Positions 20,873 through 31,767 of a stretch of DNA of 64,000 nt are shown in pieces. The stretch is taken from assembly GCA_037131555.1 (NCBI GenBank), contig JBAXQU010000006.1:753-64752 (forward strand). The letters are read 5' to 3'. Under the pieces are notes generated by a model. The model worked only from the letters and a program-made list of their open reading frames with translations. It ran no database searches and was not told the DNA's origin. A program made the position numbers and the translations under genes. Each line of letters starts with the position of its first letter. The stretch's first letter is position 1. This stretch comes from Bacteroidota bacterium. Lineage in GTDB: Bacteria > Bacteroidota > Bacteroidia > 2-12-FULL-35-15.

Positions 20873-21739
20873 ATGACGGAAGAAAAAAACAAACGCAAAC
20901 TCATCGAACGCCTCCGCAACCGTTATCGCTTAACGATAATGAATGACGACACGTTCGAAGAACAATTTACGTTGCGCCTCACACCACTTGGCGTAGTTAT
21001 TCTTATAGGCTCCGTCACCATTGTGTTCACCATCTTGGTTATTTCCATGCTTGCATTCACTTCGCTTCGCGAGTATATACCTGGTTATGCCGATGTGGGA
21101 GTGCGAAGAGAGATGATAAAACTAGCTTTAAAATCCGACTCGCTCGAACAAACCATTTCCGAACAAAATCTTTACATGCAAAACATAAGTGCGGTGCTCA
21201 AAGGCGAGCCCAAAAACGATAGCGCACAAACTCGCCCTGAGAAAGGAACCAAACCGGTGAATGCTAAGATGTCGCCATCATCCAAAGAAGTCGCCTTGCG
21301 CAAAAACATCGAGTCGCAAGACCAATATAGTTTGGCCTACGCCACCGAAACCAATAAAACAGGCATAAGCAATTTCTTTTTCTTCACCCCTGTGAAAGGA
21401 AGAATTACTGCCTCTTACAGCTACAAAGAACAGCATTTTGGTGTCGACATTGTAGCTGCCGAAAACGAACCTATTAAATCAACATTAGACGGAACAGTAG
21501 TATTAGCTACGTTTTCGTCAGAAACAGGATATACCATCACTGTGCAACATTCGAACAATTTAATATCGGTGTACAAACACAATTCGGTATTATTAAAAAA
21601 ACTTGGCGATTATGTGAAAGCGGGCGAACCAATTGCCATCATTGGCAATTCGGGCGAACAAACCACTGGCCCTCATTTACATTTCGAACTTTGGTACAAT
21701 GGCAATGCCATCAATCCCCAGGAATATATGGTGTTTTAA
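20873..21739 (+). CDS. M23 family metallopeptidase (LytM domain) with an N-terminal membrane anchor
   Basis: HFGVDIVA...GNSGEQTTGPHLHFELW are M23 motifs. A TM segment follows the basic N-terminus. Confidence 0.85.
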   Translation: MTEEKNKRKLIERLRNRYRLTIMNDDTFEEQFTLRLTPLGVVILIGSVTIVFTILVISMLAFTSLREYIPGYADVGVRREMIKLALKSDSLEQTISEQNLYMQNISAVLKGEPKNDSAQTRPEKGTKPVNAKMSPSSKEVALRKNIESQDQYSLAYATETNKTGISNFFFFTPVKGRITASYSYKEQHFGVDIVAAENEPIKSTLDGTVVLATFSSETGYTITVQHSNNLISVYKHNSVLLKKLGDYVKAGEPIAIIGNSGEQTTGPHLHFELWYNGNAINPQEYMVF

Positions 21740-21768
21740 TAGTTAGTTAGGAAATTTATAACAGAACA

Positions 21769-22941
21769 TTGAGAGAGAAAAAAAACATAGCCATACTTGG
21801 TAGCACTGGTTCTATTGGTACACAGGCGTTGGATGTAATACGTGCCAATGCTGATAGCTTTGCTGTGGAAGTACTCACAGGCCATAGCAATGCCGATTTG
21901 TTGATACAACAAGCCATCGAATTTAACCCCAACACGGTGGTGATAGCGGATGAAGAAAAATACAAGTATGTGAAAGAAGCCTTGCTTCCTCACGATATAA
22001 AGGTGTTTGCAGGCAAAAAAGCAATAGCCGAAGTAGTGACAATGGATAGCATCGATTTGGTATTAACTGCCATTGTTGGTTATGCTGGCCTCGAATCGAC
22101 TTTGGCTGCCATCAAAGCTGGAAAACAAATAGCACTTGCCAACAAAGAAACCTTAGTGGTAGCAGGTGAACTTGTAACTGCACTTGCTAAAGAAAAAGCA
22201 GTGAACCTCTATCCTGTCGACTCGGAACATTCAGCCATTTTTCAATGCCTTGCTGGTGAGTTTCACAACCCTATTGAAAAGATTTACCTCACCGCATCAG
22301 GCGGACCCTTCAGAGGAAAAGACAAAACTTTTTTGGCTACTGTAAAAAAAGAACAAGCCCTCAAACATCCTAATTGGGACATGGGAGCAAAGATCACTAT
22401 CGATTCGGCAAGTCTTATGAACAAAGGACTAGAAGTAATAGAAGCGAAATGGTTATTTGGATTAAAAGCAGAACAGATTAATGTCATTGTTCATCCACAA
22501 AGCATCGTTCACTCCATTGTTCAATTTGCCGATGGAAGTATGAAAGCACAAATGGGCTTGCCCGATATGAAGCTTCCCATACAATATGCCATCGGTTATC
22601 CAAACCGCATGAAATCAGACTTTCCGCGTTTTAGTTTTTTTAACTATCCTCAACTCACATTTGAACAAGCCGATACAAAAACATTTCGTAATCTTGCACT
22701 TGCTTTTGAAGCTATGAATAAAGGTGGTAACTCTCCCTGCGTGCTCAATGCAGCCAACGAAATAGCTGTTGCGGCTTTCCTGAAAGATAAAATCGGATTT
22801 TTAGAGATGAGTGATGTGGTTGAAAATTGTTTACAAACCATTGCTTTTATCGCCAAACCAAGCTACGATGATTATGTAGCCACCGATAATGAATCAAGAA
22901 GAATTGCCACAGCGCTAGTAGCAAACGGAATGAAGCACTAG
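21769..22941 (+). CDS. dxr: 1-deoxy-D-xylulose 5-phosphate reductoisomerase
   Basis: ILGSTGSIGTQALDV, LANKETLV, PVDSEHSAIFQCL and HPNWDMGAKITIDSA are all present. The start is TTG. Confidence 0.95.
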   Translation: MREKKNIAILGSTGSIGTQALDVIRANADSFAVEVLTGHSNADLLIQQAIEFNPNTVVIADEEKYKYVKEALLPHDIKVFAGKKAIAEVVTMDSIDLVLTAIVGYAGLESTLAAIKAGKQIALANKETLVVAGELVTALAKEKAVNLYPVDSEHSAIFQCLAGEFHNPIEKIYLTASGGPFRGKDKTFLATVKKEQALKHPNWDMGAKITIDSASLMNKGLEVIEAKWLFGLKAEQINVIVHPQSIVHSIVQFADGSMKAQMGLPDMKLPIQYAIGYPNRMKSDFPRFSFFNYPQLTFEQADTKTFRNLALAFEAMNKGGNSPCVLNAANEIAVAAFLKDKIGFLEMSDVVENCLQTIAFIAKPSYDDYVATDNESRRIATALVANGMKH

Positions 22942-23007
22942 GAAAGAGCAAACAAGAACAAAACGATTGACAATTGAACTAATAAATTAAGTGAACCAAC
23001 TATACTA

Positions 23008-24330
23008 ATGGGAGTACTAACACAAGCTGCACAATTAATATTAAGCCTTTCTATCCTAGTAGTAATGCACGAACTAGGACATTTTATTCCTTCGAAACTA
23101 TTCAAAACAAGAGTGGAAAAATTCTACCTCTTCTTCGATCCTTGGTTTTCATTATTCAAATTCAAAAAAGGAGATACCGAATATGGTATAGGTTGGCTGC
23201 CACTTGGAGGATATGTAAAAATATCAGGAATGATTGACGAATCGCTTGACAAAGAGCAAATGAAATTACCTCCACAAGATTGGGAGTTTCGTTCGAAACC
23301 AGCATGGCAACGTTTAATCATTATGCTAGGTGGTGTTACGGTAAACGTATTGCTTGCAATGGCTATTTTCTCGATGGTAATGTTTGTTTGGGGAGAAGAA
23401 TATTTACCAGCTAAAAACGCAACTTACGGTGTAGCCTGCGATTCGCTTGCCTATCAAATGGGCCTAAAAGATGGAGATAAAGTACTTTCCGTTGACAATA
23501 AACCTATCGAAAGTATTGATAGAGTTTTTGGAGATGTGTTAATTAACAAAGCTAAAAGCATACAAGTAGAACGCGATGGACAGAAAGTAGAAATCTCAGT
23601 CACGGATGATGATTTAAGTGAAATGATTCGTGGAAAATTTCATTTGGTTCAAGCTCGTTATCCATTAGATGTTATTTCTGTTAGCCCTTCGAATCCTGCT
23701 GCCGAAGCAGGAATACAAGTGGGTGATCGAGTTATTTCAGTTGCCAACACACCTACACCATATAGGCAAGATGTTACTAAAGTCTTGCAAAATAATAGAA
23801 ACCTAATGGTTGATATTGGTGTATTGCGCGGGAAAGATACATTGATGAAAAAGTTAACTGTATCTGAAGCAGGTACAATTGGAGTTGGTATCAACACTGA
23901 TGTCAGGAAGTATTTTCAAACTCAAGTGATTCACTATTCATTTCTTGAATCTATACCTGCAGGTATATCCAAAACTCAAGAAACAACACTTAGTTATTTG
24001 AAACAAATAAAAGTAATGTTCACGGTGAAGGGTGCGGCTAAAGAGGCAGGAGGTTTTCTTTCCATAGGCAAAGCATACAATACATCTTGGGACTGGCAAA
24101 GCTTCTGGGCATTCACTGCTTTTTTAAGCATCATGCTTGCCGTAGTGAACTTGCTTCCTATTCCTGCATTGGATGGAGGACATGTGGTATTTCTTATCTA
24201 TGAAATTATTACTCGAAGAAAACCGCATGAAAAAGTGATGGAATACGCTCAGTATGCTGGTATGATTATTCTATTGGCATTAATTTTGTTTACAAACGGA
24301 AACGATATAGTAAGATTGTTCAGCAAATAA
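23008..24330 (+). CDS. rseP: RIP site-2 metalloprotease RseP
   Basis: HELGH near the N-terminus, central PDZ domains, C-terminal NLLPIPALDGGH. Confidence 0.9.
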   Translation: MGVLTQAAQLILSLSILVVMHELGHFIPSKLFKTRVEKFYLFFDPWFSLFKFKKGDTEYGIGWLPLGGYVKISGMIDESLDKEQMKLPPQDWEFRSKPAWQRLIIMLGGVTVNVLLAMAIFSMVMFVWGEEYLPAKNATYGVACDSLAYQMGLKDGDKVLSVDNKPIESIDRVFGDVLINKAKSIQVERDGQKVEISVTDDDLSEMIRGKFHLVQARYPLDVISVSPSNPAAEAGIQVGDRVISVANTPTPYRQDVTKVLQNNRNLMVDIGVLRGKDTLMKKLTVSEAGTIGVGINTDVRKYFQTQVIHYSFLESIPAGISKTQETTLSYLKQIKVMFTVKGAAKEAGGFLSIGKAYNTSWDWQSFWAFTAFLSIMLAVVNLLPIPALDGGHVVFLIYEIITRRKPHEKVMEYAQYAGMIILLALILFTNGNDIVRLFSK

Positions 24331-24336
24331 AAGTGA

Positions 24337-25116
24337 ATGCGCCAACTCAACCGATTTCTAGTTCTTGTATTGTTCATTCTTCCTCATTTTTCGGAGGCTC
24401 AAGAAGGAACTAGAAATACCAAAACTGGTGAACTAAGCGGCAAAGTTCTGCTTATTCCATTCGAACCTAAACTTTACATGAGCGAGATTGACATGAAAAT
24501 CAATCAGCAAACAAAGTGGAATTTCGAACAAATACGCGAAAACTTTCGTCATCAACTCGACAATCAATTAAAATCAAAGTTACAAAACATTTCATCAGTA
24601 GTTTCTTTTTATACCGATTCGTCAAAAACCTGGAAAGACCTCATGTATATGTATAAGTCGACTAGCTTAGGGTTTGAGTTAGTCGAAAAATCATCAAAAC
24701 CTGCTTCTCCCAATCAAAAACAGTCAGGAATAATAAATGGTCAACTTCAAGTGGAAGTAAACAATGATAAAAAATTTATGACCGCACGTATTGATGATAA
24801 AGAAATGCTGACCTATTTCAACAACAAATACAAAACAGAATATTTTGTTTTTATCAATGAACTTGACCTAAAATCCGTTCCTGAATCATACAACCTTAGC
24901 ACCGATAGTTATTTACGAGAAGCAACTGTGCACTATACTATTATTGATAAAGCTGGTAAAACTATATCTTCGGGATTGATTCCTACTTCCTTTTCTTCGA
25001 AAGAAAACAATCCAAAGAAAATAAGTAACACCTGTTTTGTTCCCATAGCAAGTACTATTGCCACACGACTTTCGGATATAATCAATCCAAAACCAGAAAC
25101 AACCCAAAAAAAATAA
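24337..25116 (+). CDS. Hypothetical secreted protein
   Basis: Signal peptide FLVLVLFILPHFSEAQ. No recognisable domain. Confidence 0.55.
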   Translation: MRQLNRFLVLVLFILPHFSEAQEGTRNTKTGELSGKVLLIPFEPKLYMSEIDMKINQQTKWNFEQIRENFRHQLDNQLKSKLQNISSVVSFYTDSSKTWKDLMYMYKSTSLGFELVEKSSKPASPNQKQSGIINGQLQVEVNNDKKFMTARIDDKEMLTYFNNKYKTEYFVFINELDLKSVPESYNLSTDSYLREATVHYTIIDKAGKTISSGLIPTSFSSKENNPKKISNTCFVPIASTIATRLSDIINPKPETTQKK

Positions 25117-25121
25117 TTTGT

Positions 25122-25802
25122 TTACTTTTCGATTCGCCAATCGATTGGCTGAATCAAATTATGTTCGAGAAGTTTATTGGTCTTCGAAAAATGTTTACAC
25201 CCAAAAAACTTTCCTCCCGCTAATGGAGACGGATGTGCTGCCTTCAAAACAAAGTGCTTTTCCGTATTAATCAATACTTCTTTCGTTTCGGCATATTTAC
25301 CCCATAGCAAAAACACAATGCCTTTTTTTTCATCCGATATTTTTCTGATTACTGCATCTGTAAACTGTTCCCAGCCTTTTTTTTGATGTGAACCTGGATG
25401 GTTTGCTCTTACTGTTAAGGTCGCATTTAACAATAAGATGCCTTGGTTTGCCCAAGGTCCAAGATTTCCGCTCACTGGAATGGGAATGCCAAGGTCTGTC
25501 TGAATTTCTTTAAAAATATTAACCAATGATGGTGGCTTTTTAACTTCATCGTTCACCGAAAAACTTAAACCATTGGCTTGTCCTGGTCCATGATATGGAT
25601 CTTGCCCAATTATTACAGCCTTTAATTTATCGAAAGGGGTTTGGTCGAATGCTGCAAATATCCTATTACCTGCGGGATAAACTGTAAATTGTTTCTTTTC
25701 TTCTACCAAAAATTCTTTCAACTTTGCAAAGTATGGAGTCGAAAACTCTTCCTTTAGAACAGCCTTCCAACTTGGGTCTATACTTATATTCGATGCATTC
25801 AT
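25122..25802 (-). CDS. ung: Uracil-DNA glycosylase, family 1
   Basis: GQDPYHGPGQANGLSFSV, GILLLNATLTV and AAHPSPL are present. Confidence 0.95.
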   Translation of the reverse strand: MNASNISIDPSWKAVLKEEFSTPYFAKLKEFLVEEKKQFTVYPAGNRIFAAFDQTPFDKLKAVIIGQDPYHGPGQANGLSFSVNDEVKKPPSLVNIFKEIQTDLGIPIPVSGNLGPWANQGILLLNATLTVRANHPGSHQKKGWEQFTDAVIRKISDEKKGIVFLLWGKYAETKEVLINTEKHFVLKAAHPSPLAGGKFFGCKHFSKTNKLLEHNLIQPIDWRIEK

Positions 25803-25956
25803 AAATAATAATTAACATTTAATCCGACTAAAGTACTATCAATTATTCTTGTTTTGATTGTTGTTTATAAAAAAATAATTTGTAATTTTGCCTATGTTAA
25901 GAATTATCTTAATTTTGCACCTTAATTAAATGAGAAAGAATTTTATCCCGATAAAG

Positions 25957-26109
25957 ATGAAAAAGTTTTTAGTAATTGCAATGTCTGTTGTTTTCATAAG
26001 TGTTTCAATGACATCGTGCAGAAGCCACGAGCGTTGTGCAGCGTATGGAAAAATAAATAAAATAGACTCTGGTAAAGCTTTTACGGATAAAACCCAAAAG
26101 GCGATATAG
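25957..26109 (+). CDS. Small putative lipoprotein (50 aa), below the ORF-track size cut-off
   Basis: MKKFLVIAMSVVFISVSMTSC is a lipobox-like signal with Cys. TAATTTTG -7 boxes lie upstream at 25883-25890 and 25911-25918. An alternative start is the ATG at 25930. Confidence 0.45.
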   Translation: MKKFLVIAMSVVFISVSMTSCRSHERCAAYGKINKIDSGKAFTDKTQKAI

Positions 26110-26196
26110 CTTATTTTCATTTTTTGATTTTATTCTCCCCTAAAATAATATTTCCCTTCTATTAATATAATGCGACTTATTTTAAAGTTTTCATTG

Positions 26197-26204
26197 TATC
26201 TTTG
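26197..26204 (+). promoter_or_regulatory. Bacteroidota-type -7 box (TATCTTTG) upstream of the 26248 gene
   Basis: Matches TAnnTTTG. Confidence 0.4.
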
Positions 26205-26247
26205 CCATTCCGATTTTTAGTTTCAGAAATTAGAATTGAATATATAC

Positions 26248-27015
26248 ATGCCTAATAAAATTGTCTTTTGTTCATTTTTTCTATCCATGCTTAGTTTTGC
26301 TGCATTGGCACAAAAGGGAGAGGATAACGAAACTCGTTTGCAAAAGGGAGAAGACCTAAATGTAATTTACCGCAATGAAGCGAGCTTTGGAGTATTTGCT
26401 CATAGCGAAGGAGGATTAGGCATCTCATATCGAAGGGGCCGACAAGTTACTGTAGAGCATAAAAGAATGTTTGAAATAGAAACACAGAATTTCAAACATC
26501 CAAAAGAAGTAAAGAGCGTGAGCTCTTTGGGACAAGGAGCGAAGGGCTATGTGTACGGCAAACTGAATTCCTTTTTAATATTTCGTCCAGGGCTTGGTTA
26601 TCAAAATAGACTTTATCAAAAAACCGATAAAAAAAGTGTTGAAATAAGATATGCTTACTTTTTAGGTGCCACCATTAATCTTGCTAAACCAGTTTACTTA
26701 GAAATACGAAATAGTCAGAACGATCAAACTTCCACAATTGAACGGTATGACCCTGCATTACACAATCAAACCAATATTTATGGTAAGGCCCCTTTCCTTA
26801 GTGGCATTGAAAACACAACAATTTACCCTGGAGGATACGCTCGATTTGCATTAAGTGCTGAATATTCGAATCGCTACAATGGTGTAAAAGCAATAGAAAC
26901 AGGGGCTTTGGTGGATATATATCCGCAGGTTATCCCAATGATGGCTTATAATGAAAATCAACAAGTGTTTGTTGAGTTGTACTTAAAAATAATGTTCGGA
27001 AAAAAATGGTTCTAA
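26248..27015 (+). CDS. Hypothetical outer-membrane beta-barrel-like protein
   Basis: Signal peptide ending ...AALAQ, alternating beta-strand-like sequence and a C-terminal aromatic residue (KKWF). I prefer the ATG at 26248 over the TTG at 26236. Confidence 0.55.
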   Translation: MPNKIVFCSFFLSMLSFAALAQKGEDNETRLQKGEDLNVIYRNEASFGVFAHSEGGLGISYRRGRQVTVEHKRMFEIETQNFKHPKEVKSVSSLGQGAKGYVYGKLNSFLIFRPGLGYQNRLYQKTDKKSVEIRYAYFLGATINLAKPVYLEIRNSQNDQTSTIERYDPALHNQTNIYGKAPFLSGIENTTIYPGGYARFALSAEYSNRYNGVKAIETGALVDIYPQVIPMMAYNENQQVFVELYLKIMFGKKWF

Positions 27016-27059
27016 AAGCCCCCCGTTTGAACCAACCGAATGATAACTAATCCAAATTA

Positions 27060-27938
27060 ATGTCTGACACAACAACCACTACTAATACAGAAACTAAATT
27101 AATTCGCAAACCAGAATGGTTGCGTGTAAAATTGCCAACAGGAAAAGAATACGCTCAAGTAAGAGAAATCGTTTCAAAACATAAGTTGCACACAATTTGC
27201 GAAAGCGGTAATTGCCCCAATATGGGTGAATGCTGGGGAGAAGGCACTGCGACATTCATGATACTTGGCAATATCTGTACCCGTTCGTGTGGTTTTTGTA
27301 ACGTTGCCACAGGTCGCCCATTGGCTGTTGATTTACAAGAACCAAAGCGAATTGCAGAATCTGTTCGACTGATGAATGTAAAACATTGCGTTATCACGTC
27401 TGTGGATAGAGACGATTTAAAAGACGGTGGTTCGATAATTTGGGCAGAAACTATTAATGCAATTCGTGCTGCTAGTCCACAAACCAAATTCGAGACATTG
27501 ATACCCGATTTTCAAGGCATCTGGGAAAACTTGCAACGCATCATCGATGTAAAGCCTGACATTGTTTCTCATAACTTGGAAACTGTGAGAAGACTTACCA
27601 AACAAGTTCGGATTCAAGCAAAATACGACAGAAGCCTAGAGCTAATAAAACGTTTGCATGATGCTGGAATGAAAACCAAATCAGGTATTATGCTTGGGTT
27701 GGGAGAAACAGAGAAAGAAGTTTATGAAACCATGGAAGATTTGCGAAAAGTAGGTTGTGATGTTTTAACAATTGGCCAATATTTGCAACCTACACCCAAA
27801 CACCTCCCCGTGGTTGCTTTTATTCGTCCCGAAATATTCTCAAATTACAAACTGAAAGGAATAGAAATGGGATTTCGTTTTGTTGAAAGTGGCCCATTGG
27901 TTCGCTCCTCTTATCACGCAGAAAAGCATATCTTTTAA
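27060..27938 (+). CDS. lipA: Lipoyl synthase
   Basis: [13 protein letters not shown] plus the radical-SAM motif CTRSCGFC. Confidence 0.95.
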   Translation: MSDTTTTTNTETKLIRKPEWLRVKLPTGKEYAQVREIVSKHKLHTICESGNCPNMGECWGEGTATFMILGNICTRSCGFCNVATGRPLAVDLQEPKRIAESVRLMNVKHCVITSVDRDDLKDGGSIIWAETINAIRAASPQTKFETLIPDFQGIWENLQRIIDVKPDIVSHNLETVRRLTKQVRIQAKYDRSLELIKRLHDAGMKTKSGIMLGLGETEKEVYETMEDLRKVGCDVLTIGQYLQPTPKHLPVVAFIRPEIFSNYKLKGIEMGFRFVESGPLVRSSYHAEKHIF

Positions 27939-28090
27939 TATCATTTTTTTCAACTTACCAATTCGGTTGTTAAACTATTAACCTATTTATCCAATTCAAA
28001 TAGTTATGTGTAATTGGAAATGATTAAAAACCCACGATAATTTATTATTTCAATATTTTTTCAATTGATAACATACATCCATTATATATG

Positions 28091-28098
28091 TATATTTG
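28091..28098 (+). promoter_or_regulatory. Bacteroidota-type -7 box (TATATTTG) upstream of the POT transporter
   Basis: Matches TAnnTTTG, about 38 nt upstream of the ATG at 28136. Confidence 0.4.
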
Positions 28099-28135
28099 GA
28101 CATTAAAAGTTATTTAAGAATTCAAGAATATCAGA

Positions 28136-29635
28136 ATGGAAAAACAATTGACATTAGACGAAATCCGCAATTTTAAAGGAAATTACCCGAAACAGTTATG
28201 GTTTCTTTTCCTAGTCGAAATGTGGGAGCGCTTTTGTTTCTATGGCATGCGAGGCGTACTAACCATATTTATGGCCGACAAACTTCTTGGACTTTCACTG
28301 TCGGATAAAGATGCCAATTTGAAATACGGAGCCATTCAGGCATTTGTTTATGCATTCACTTTTATAGGTGGTATTTTTGCAGACAAAGTTCTTGGATTCA
28401 AAAAATCACTCATGTTTGGAGCAGTTGTAATGATTACCGGAAATTTAATAATAGTAGCTTCTCCACAGAATTTCTTTTACTTAGGAATCACACTTTCGAT
28501 TATCGGAACTGGATTTTTTAAACCAAACATTTCATCAATGGTTGGCGAACTTTATCATGAAGGAGATGCTAGAAGAGATGCAGGATTCGGATTATTTTAT
28601 TCAGGTATAAATATTGGAGCCTTGCTCGGAGGCGCTGTTTGTGTTTATTTAGGAGAGAGTAAAGATTTCGGTTGGAGTTATGCATTTCTCTCTGCTGCTA
28701 TCGTTATGACTATTGGCTTAATCACTTTTCTACTTACAAAAAAATCATTGGGCCCTATTGGAGATTCACCTCTTTTACATCTGAGTACAGGTAAACGAAC
28801 AACCAAGGAAATAATGGTCTATGCAGGTTCTATCATAAGCATCCCTCTTATTTTTATTATGATAAAAAATACAGATTACACCGACTATTTTATGTACACC
28901 ATTGGCCCTCTAGCCTTTATCTATTTTATTTTCGAAACATTTAAAGAGAAGGAAGCCAGGGCTCGAAAAAAATTAATTGCTGCATTTATTTTTATTTTAT
29001 TCTCCATCATCTTTTGGGCTTTCTTCGAACAAAGTGGAGGCTCTTTGGCGCTTTTCGCAAAAAACAATCTACATCATAATTTATTGTTTTTTAATGCAAG
29101 CCCGAACATTATCAACAACACTTCAAATTCCTTATTTGTAATCATTTTTAGTCCTATACTTGGTTTAGTGTGGCTTGCCATGGCAAAACGAAAAATTGAA
29201 CCTAACACCGTTATTAAATTCGGTATCGGATTTTTGTTTTTAGCATTAGCCTTTTTTACTTTTTATTACACACGTTTTTTTGCAGATGCAGAGGGGCTGA
29301 CTTCTTTGAACATTTTTACACTCGCTTATTTGGTTATCACATTCGGAGAGCTGGCTCTATCACCAATTGGTTTGTCTATCATGACCAAGTTATCACCAAA
29401 AAGATTATCAGGAATGATGATGGGAATGTGGTTTTTGGCTAGCGCTTATGGCCAATACGCTGCTGGATTATTAGGCGCGGATATGTCGAGTTCTGATACA
29501 AATGCTAGTCTACTTGTGAAATTGCAAGGCTATACTGACGGGTACAAACAATTAGCTATTTATGCTTTAATAGCAGGAATTGCCATGATTGTCATTTCAC
29601 CACTTATTCGCAAGTTGATGCAAGAAGTAAAATAA
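28136..29635 (+). CDS. Proton-dependent oligopeptide transporter (POT/PTR2 family)
   Basis: EMWERFCFYGMRGVLTIF and FGAVVMITGN...GTGFFKPNISSMVGELY are PTR2 signatures. Confidence 0.9.
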   Translation: MEKQLTLDEIRNFKGNYPKQLWFLFLVEMWERFCFYGMRGVLTIFMADKLLGLSLSDKDANLKYGAIQAFVYAFTFIGGIFADKVLGFKKSLMFGAVVMITGNLIIVASPQNFFYLGITLSIIGTGFFKPNISSMVGELYHEGDARRDAGFGLFYSGINIGALLGGAVCVYLGESKDFGWSYAFLSAAIVMTIGLITFLLTKKSLGPIGDSPLLHLSTGKRTTKEIMVYAGSIISIPLIFIMIKNTDYTDYFMYTIGPLAFIYFIFETFKEKEARARKKLIAAFIFILFSIIFWAFFEQSGGSLALFAKNNLHHNLLFFNASPNIINNTSNSLFVIIFSPILGLVWLAMAKRKIEPNTVIKFGIGFLFLALAFFTFYYTRFFADAEGLTSLNIFTLAYLVITFGELALSPIGLSIMTKLSPKRLSGMMMGMWFLASAYGQYAAGLLGADMSSSDTNASLLVKLQGYTDGYKQLAIYALIAGIAMIVISPLIRKLMQEVK

Positions 29636-29641
29636 TTCGCC

Positions 29642-30661
29642 TTGGCAACAACAGTTTCTATTTCTGAATTCTTAAAACTAGCCGAAATTCATCCAATTCT
29701 TGATGTTCGTACCCCTGCAGAGTTCGAGCAAGGTCATATCGTAGGTGCAATCAATTTGTCATTGTTCACTAATGAAGAACGAAAAATAATTGGAACACTG
29801 TACAAACAACGAGGCAAACAAGTTGCCATTCTTGAAGCTCTGGCCATAGTTGGGCCAAAGTTACAAAGCTATGTGAAGCAGGCAATTTCATTATCCACTA
29901 CAGGAACATTTTTAGTTCATTGTTGGCGAGGAGGTATGCGTAGTTCAAGCATGGCATGGTTTATAGAAACCTATGGATTCAAATGTGTTACTTTAAAAGG
30001 AGGATATAAGTCTTACAGAAAACTTGTACTCAAAGGTTTTGAAGAAAGGAAAAATTTAGTTATCTTAGGAGGTAAAACAGGAACAGGAAAAACCTTGGTA
30101 CTCCACCAACTTGAAAGACTGGGTGAACAAATACTAGATCTTGAAAAGCTAGCTCATCACAAAGGTTCTTCATTTGGCTCATTGGGAGAACTTCCTCAAA
30201 ATTCACAAGAACAGTTTGAAAATGAATTGTGGTATTCCTTTTCAAAAATTGATTCAACAAGGAGATGTTGGGTTGAAAACGAAAGTAGAAAAATTGGAAG
30301 AAACATTTTACCTCTTGGCTTTTGGCTTCAAATGCAAAATGCGCTTGTATTGACTATCCATTTACCTAAAGAAGAACGATTGAAATATTTGGTGAACGAA
30401 TATGGAAATTTTGATAAGGAACATTTAATAGCTGCTACGAGCCGCATCAGTAAAAAACTAGGTGGTGTACAAGCTAAAAATGCAATTGAAGCTATTCGCG
30501 CAGGAAATTTAATTCTAGCATTCGAAATCTGTCTATTCTATTACGACAAGACCTACAACTTCGGCCAAGAACAAAGGGAAAATAGTAAGATTATCGATAT
30601 TGAATTTGAGGAATTGAACCCAAATAAAATGGCACAACATCTAATCATTAAAACCTCTTAA
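29642..30661 (+). CDS. selU: tRNA 2-selenouridine synthase
   Basis: N-terminal rhodanese domain with CWRGGMRS, followed by the P-loop GGKTGTGKT. The start is TTG. Confidence 0.9.
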   Translation: MATTVSISEFLKLAEIHPILDVRTPAEFEQGHIVGAINLSLFTNEERKIIGTLYKQRGKQVAILEALAIVGPKLQSYVKQAISLSTTGTFLVHCWRGGMRSSSMAWFIETYGFKCVTLKGGYKSYRKLVLKGFEERKNLVILGGKTGTGKTLVLHQLERLGEQILDLEKLAHHKGSSFGSLGELPQNSQEQFENELWYSFSKIDSTRRCWVENESRKIGRNILPLGFWLQMQNALVLTIHLPKEERLKYLVNEYGNFDKEHLIAATSRISKKLGGVQAKNAIEAIRAGNLILAFEICLFYYDKTYNFGQEQRENSKIIDIEFEELNPNKMAQHLIIKTS

Positions 30662-30664
30662 ATA

Positions 30665-31708
30665 ATGAATATCGAAAAAATAAAACTAACCCAATTTTCG
30701 CACGGTGCAGGATGTGGGTGTAAAATAGCTCCTCACGTATTAGAAGAAATACTTAAAACTAATATAATAACACCGACTAATTCCAATCTTATTGTAGGAA
30801 ATTCAACCAAAGACGATGCAGCTGTATTTGATATTGGCGATGGAAAAGGCATCATAAGCACGACTGATTTTTTTATGCCCATTGTTGATGATGCCTTTGA
30901 CTTTGGAAAGATTGCTGCCGCAAATTCGATTAGTGACATTTATGCCATGGGAGGAAAACCATTAATGGCAATCGCGATTCTCGGATGGCCAATAAAAAAG
31001 CTGAGTGTTGAAGTCGCCCAAAAAGTAATAGAAGGCGGCAGAGCGATATGTGCTGAAGCGGGTATTCCCCTAGCAGGAGGTCATAGCATCGATAGTCCTG
31101 AACCTATTTTTGGACTTGCTGTAACCGGCATTGTAAATTTGAAAAACCTAAAACAAAACAATACAGCAAAAGCTGGAGATCTATTGTACCTAACTAAAAA
31201 AATTGGAGTTGGAATACTCACTACGGCCGAAAAAAGGGGAATGTTAAAAGAAGAACATATCGGTATCGCTGCAAAACAAATGATGCAATTAAATCACTTT
31301 GGAATGCATGTCTCGCATCTCATATCTTTAAATGCCATGACAGATGTGACAGGCTTTGGGCTGTTAGGGCATCTTATAGAAATGGCAGAAGGAAGCAACT
31401 TGACAGCTGAATTGAATTATAGTAAAGTACCAAAATTTCCTAATTTAGATTTTTACAACTCTCAAGTTTGTGTTCCTGATGGTACCTTCCGTAATTGGAG
31501 TGGTTATGACCCAAAGGTGAAGGGAATTACAGGTGATTCTTTATTAATACTTTCAGATCCTCAAACCAATGGAGGCCTTCTTATGAGTGTAAGTCCAGAA
31601 GCTAAAGACACATTCGAAAAACTGATGATTGAAGCCGGACTAGGCGAATTTGCAAGCCCCATCGGAAGAATGAAACTAAAAACTGAAAAACAAGTAGAGA
31701 TCATTTGA
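30665..31708 (+). CDS. selD: Selenide, water dikinase (selenophosphate synthetase), Cys-type
   Basis: SHGAGCGCKI N-terminal motif with Cys and no in-frame TGA. PurM-like fold blocks are present. Confidence 0.95.
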   Translation: MNIEKIKLTQFSHGAGCGCKIAPHVLEEILKTNIITPTNSNLIVGNSTKDDAAVFDIGDGKGIISTTDFFMPIVDDAFDFGKIAAANSISDIYAMGGKPLMAIAILGWPIKKLSVEVAQKVIEGGRAICAEAGIPLAGGHSIDSPEPIFGLAVTGIVNLKNLKQNNTAKAGDLLYLTKKIGVGILTTAEKRGMLKEEHIGIAAKQMMQLNHFGMHVSHLISLNAMTDVTGFGLLGHLIEMAEGSNLTAELNYSKVPKFPNLDFYNSQVCVPDGTFRNWSGYDPKVKGITGDSLLILSDPQTNGGLLMSVSPEAKDTFEKLMIEAGLGEFASPIGRMKLKTEKQVEII

Positions 31709-31767
31709 TACTTTTTGAGTTTACTTGTTAATACAAAATTACAGGATTTAATTGGTGATGATTTAGG

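Noticed and set aside
25926-26120. 64-aa minus-strand ORF
   Set aside because: The plus strand encodes a small protein with a classic lipoprotein signal (MKKFLVIAMSVVFISVSMTSC) and has TAnnTTTG boxes upstream. The minus-strand ORF is most likely its shadow.
30665-31708. A selenocysteine (TGA) codon in selD
   Set aside because: The N-terminal active-site motif reads GAGCGCKI with Cys codons, and the ORF has no in-frame TGA.
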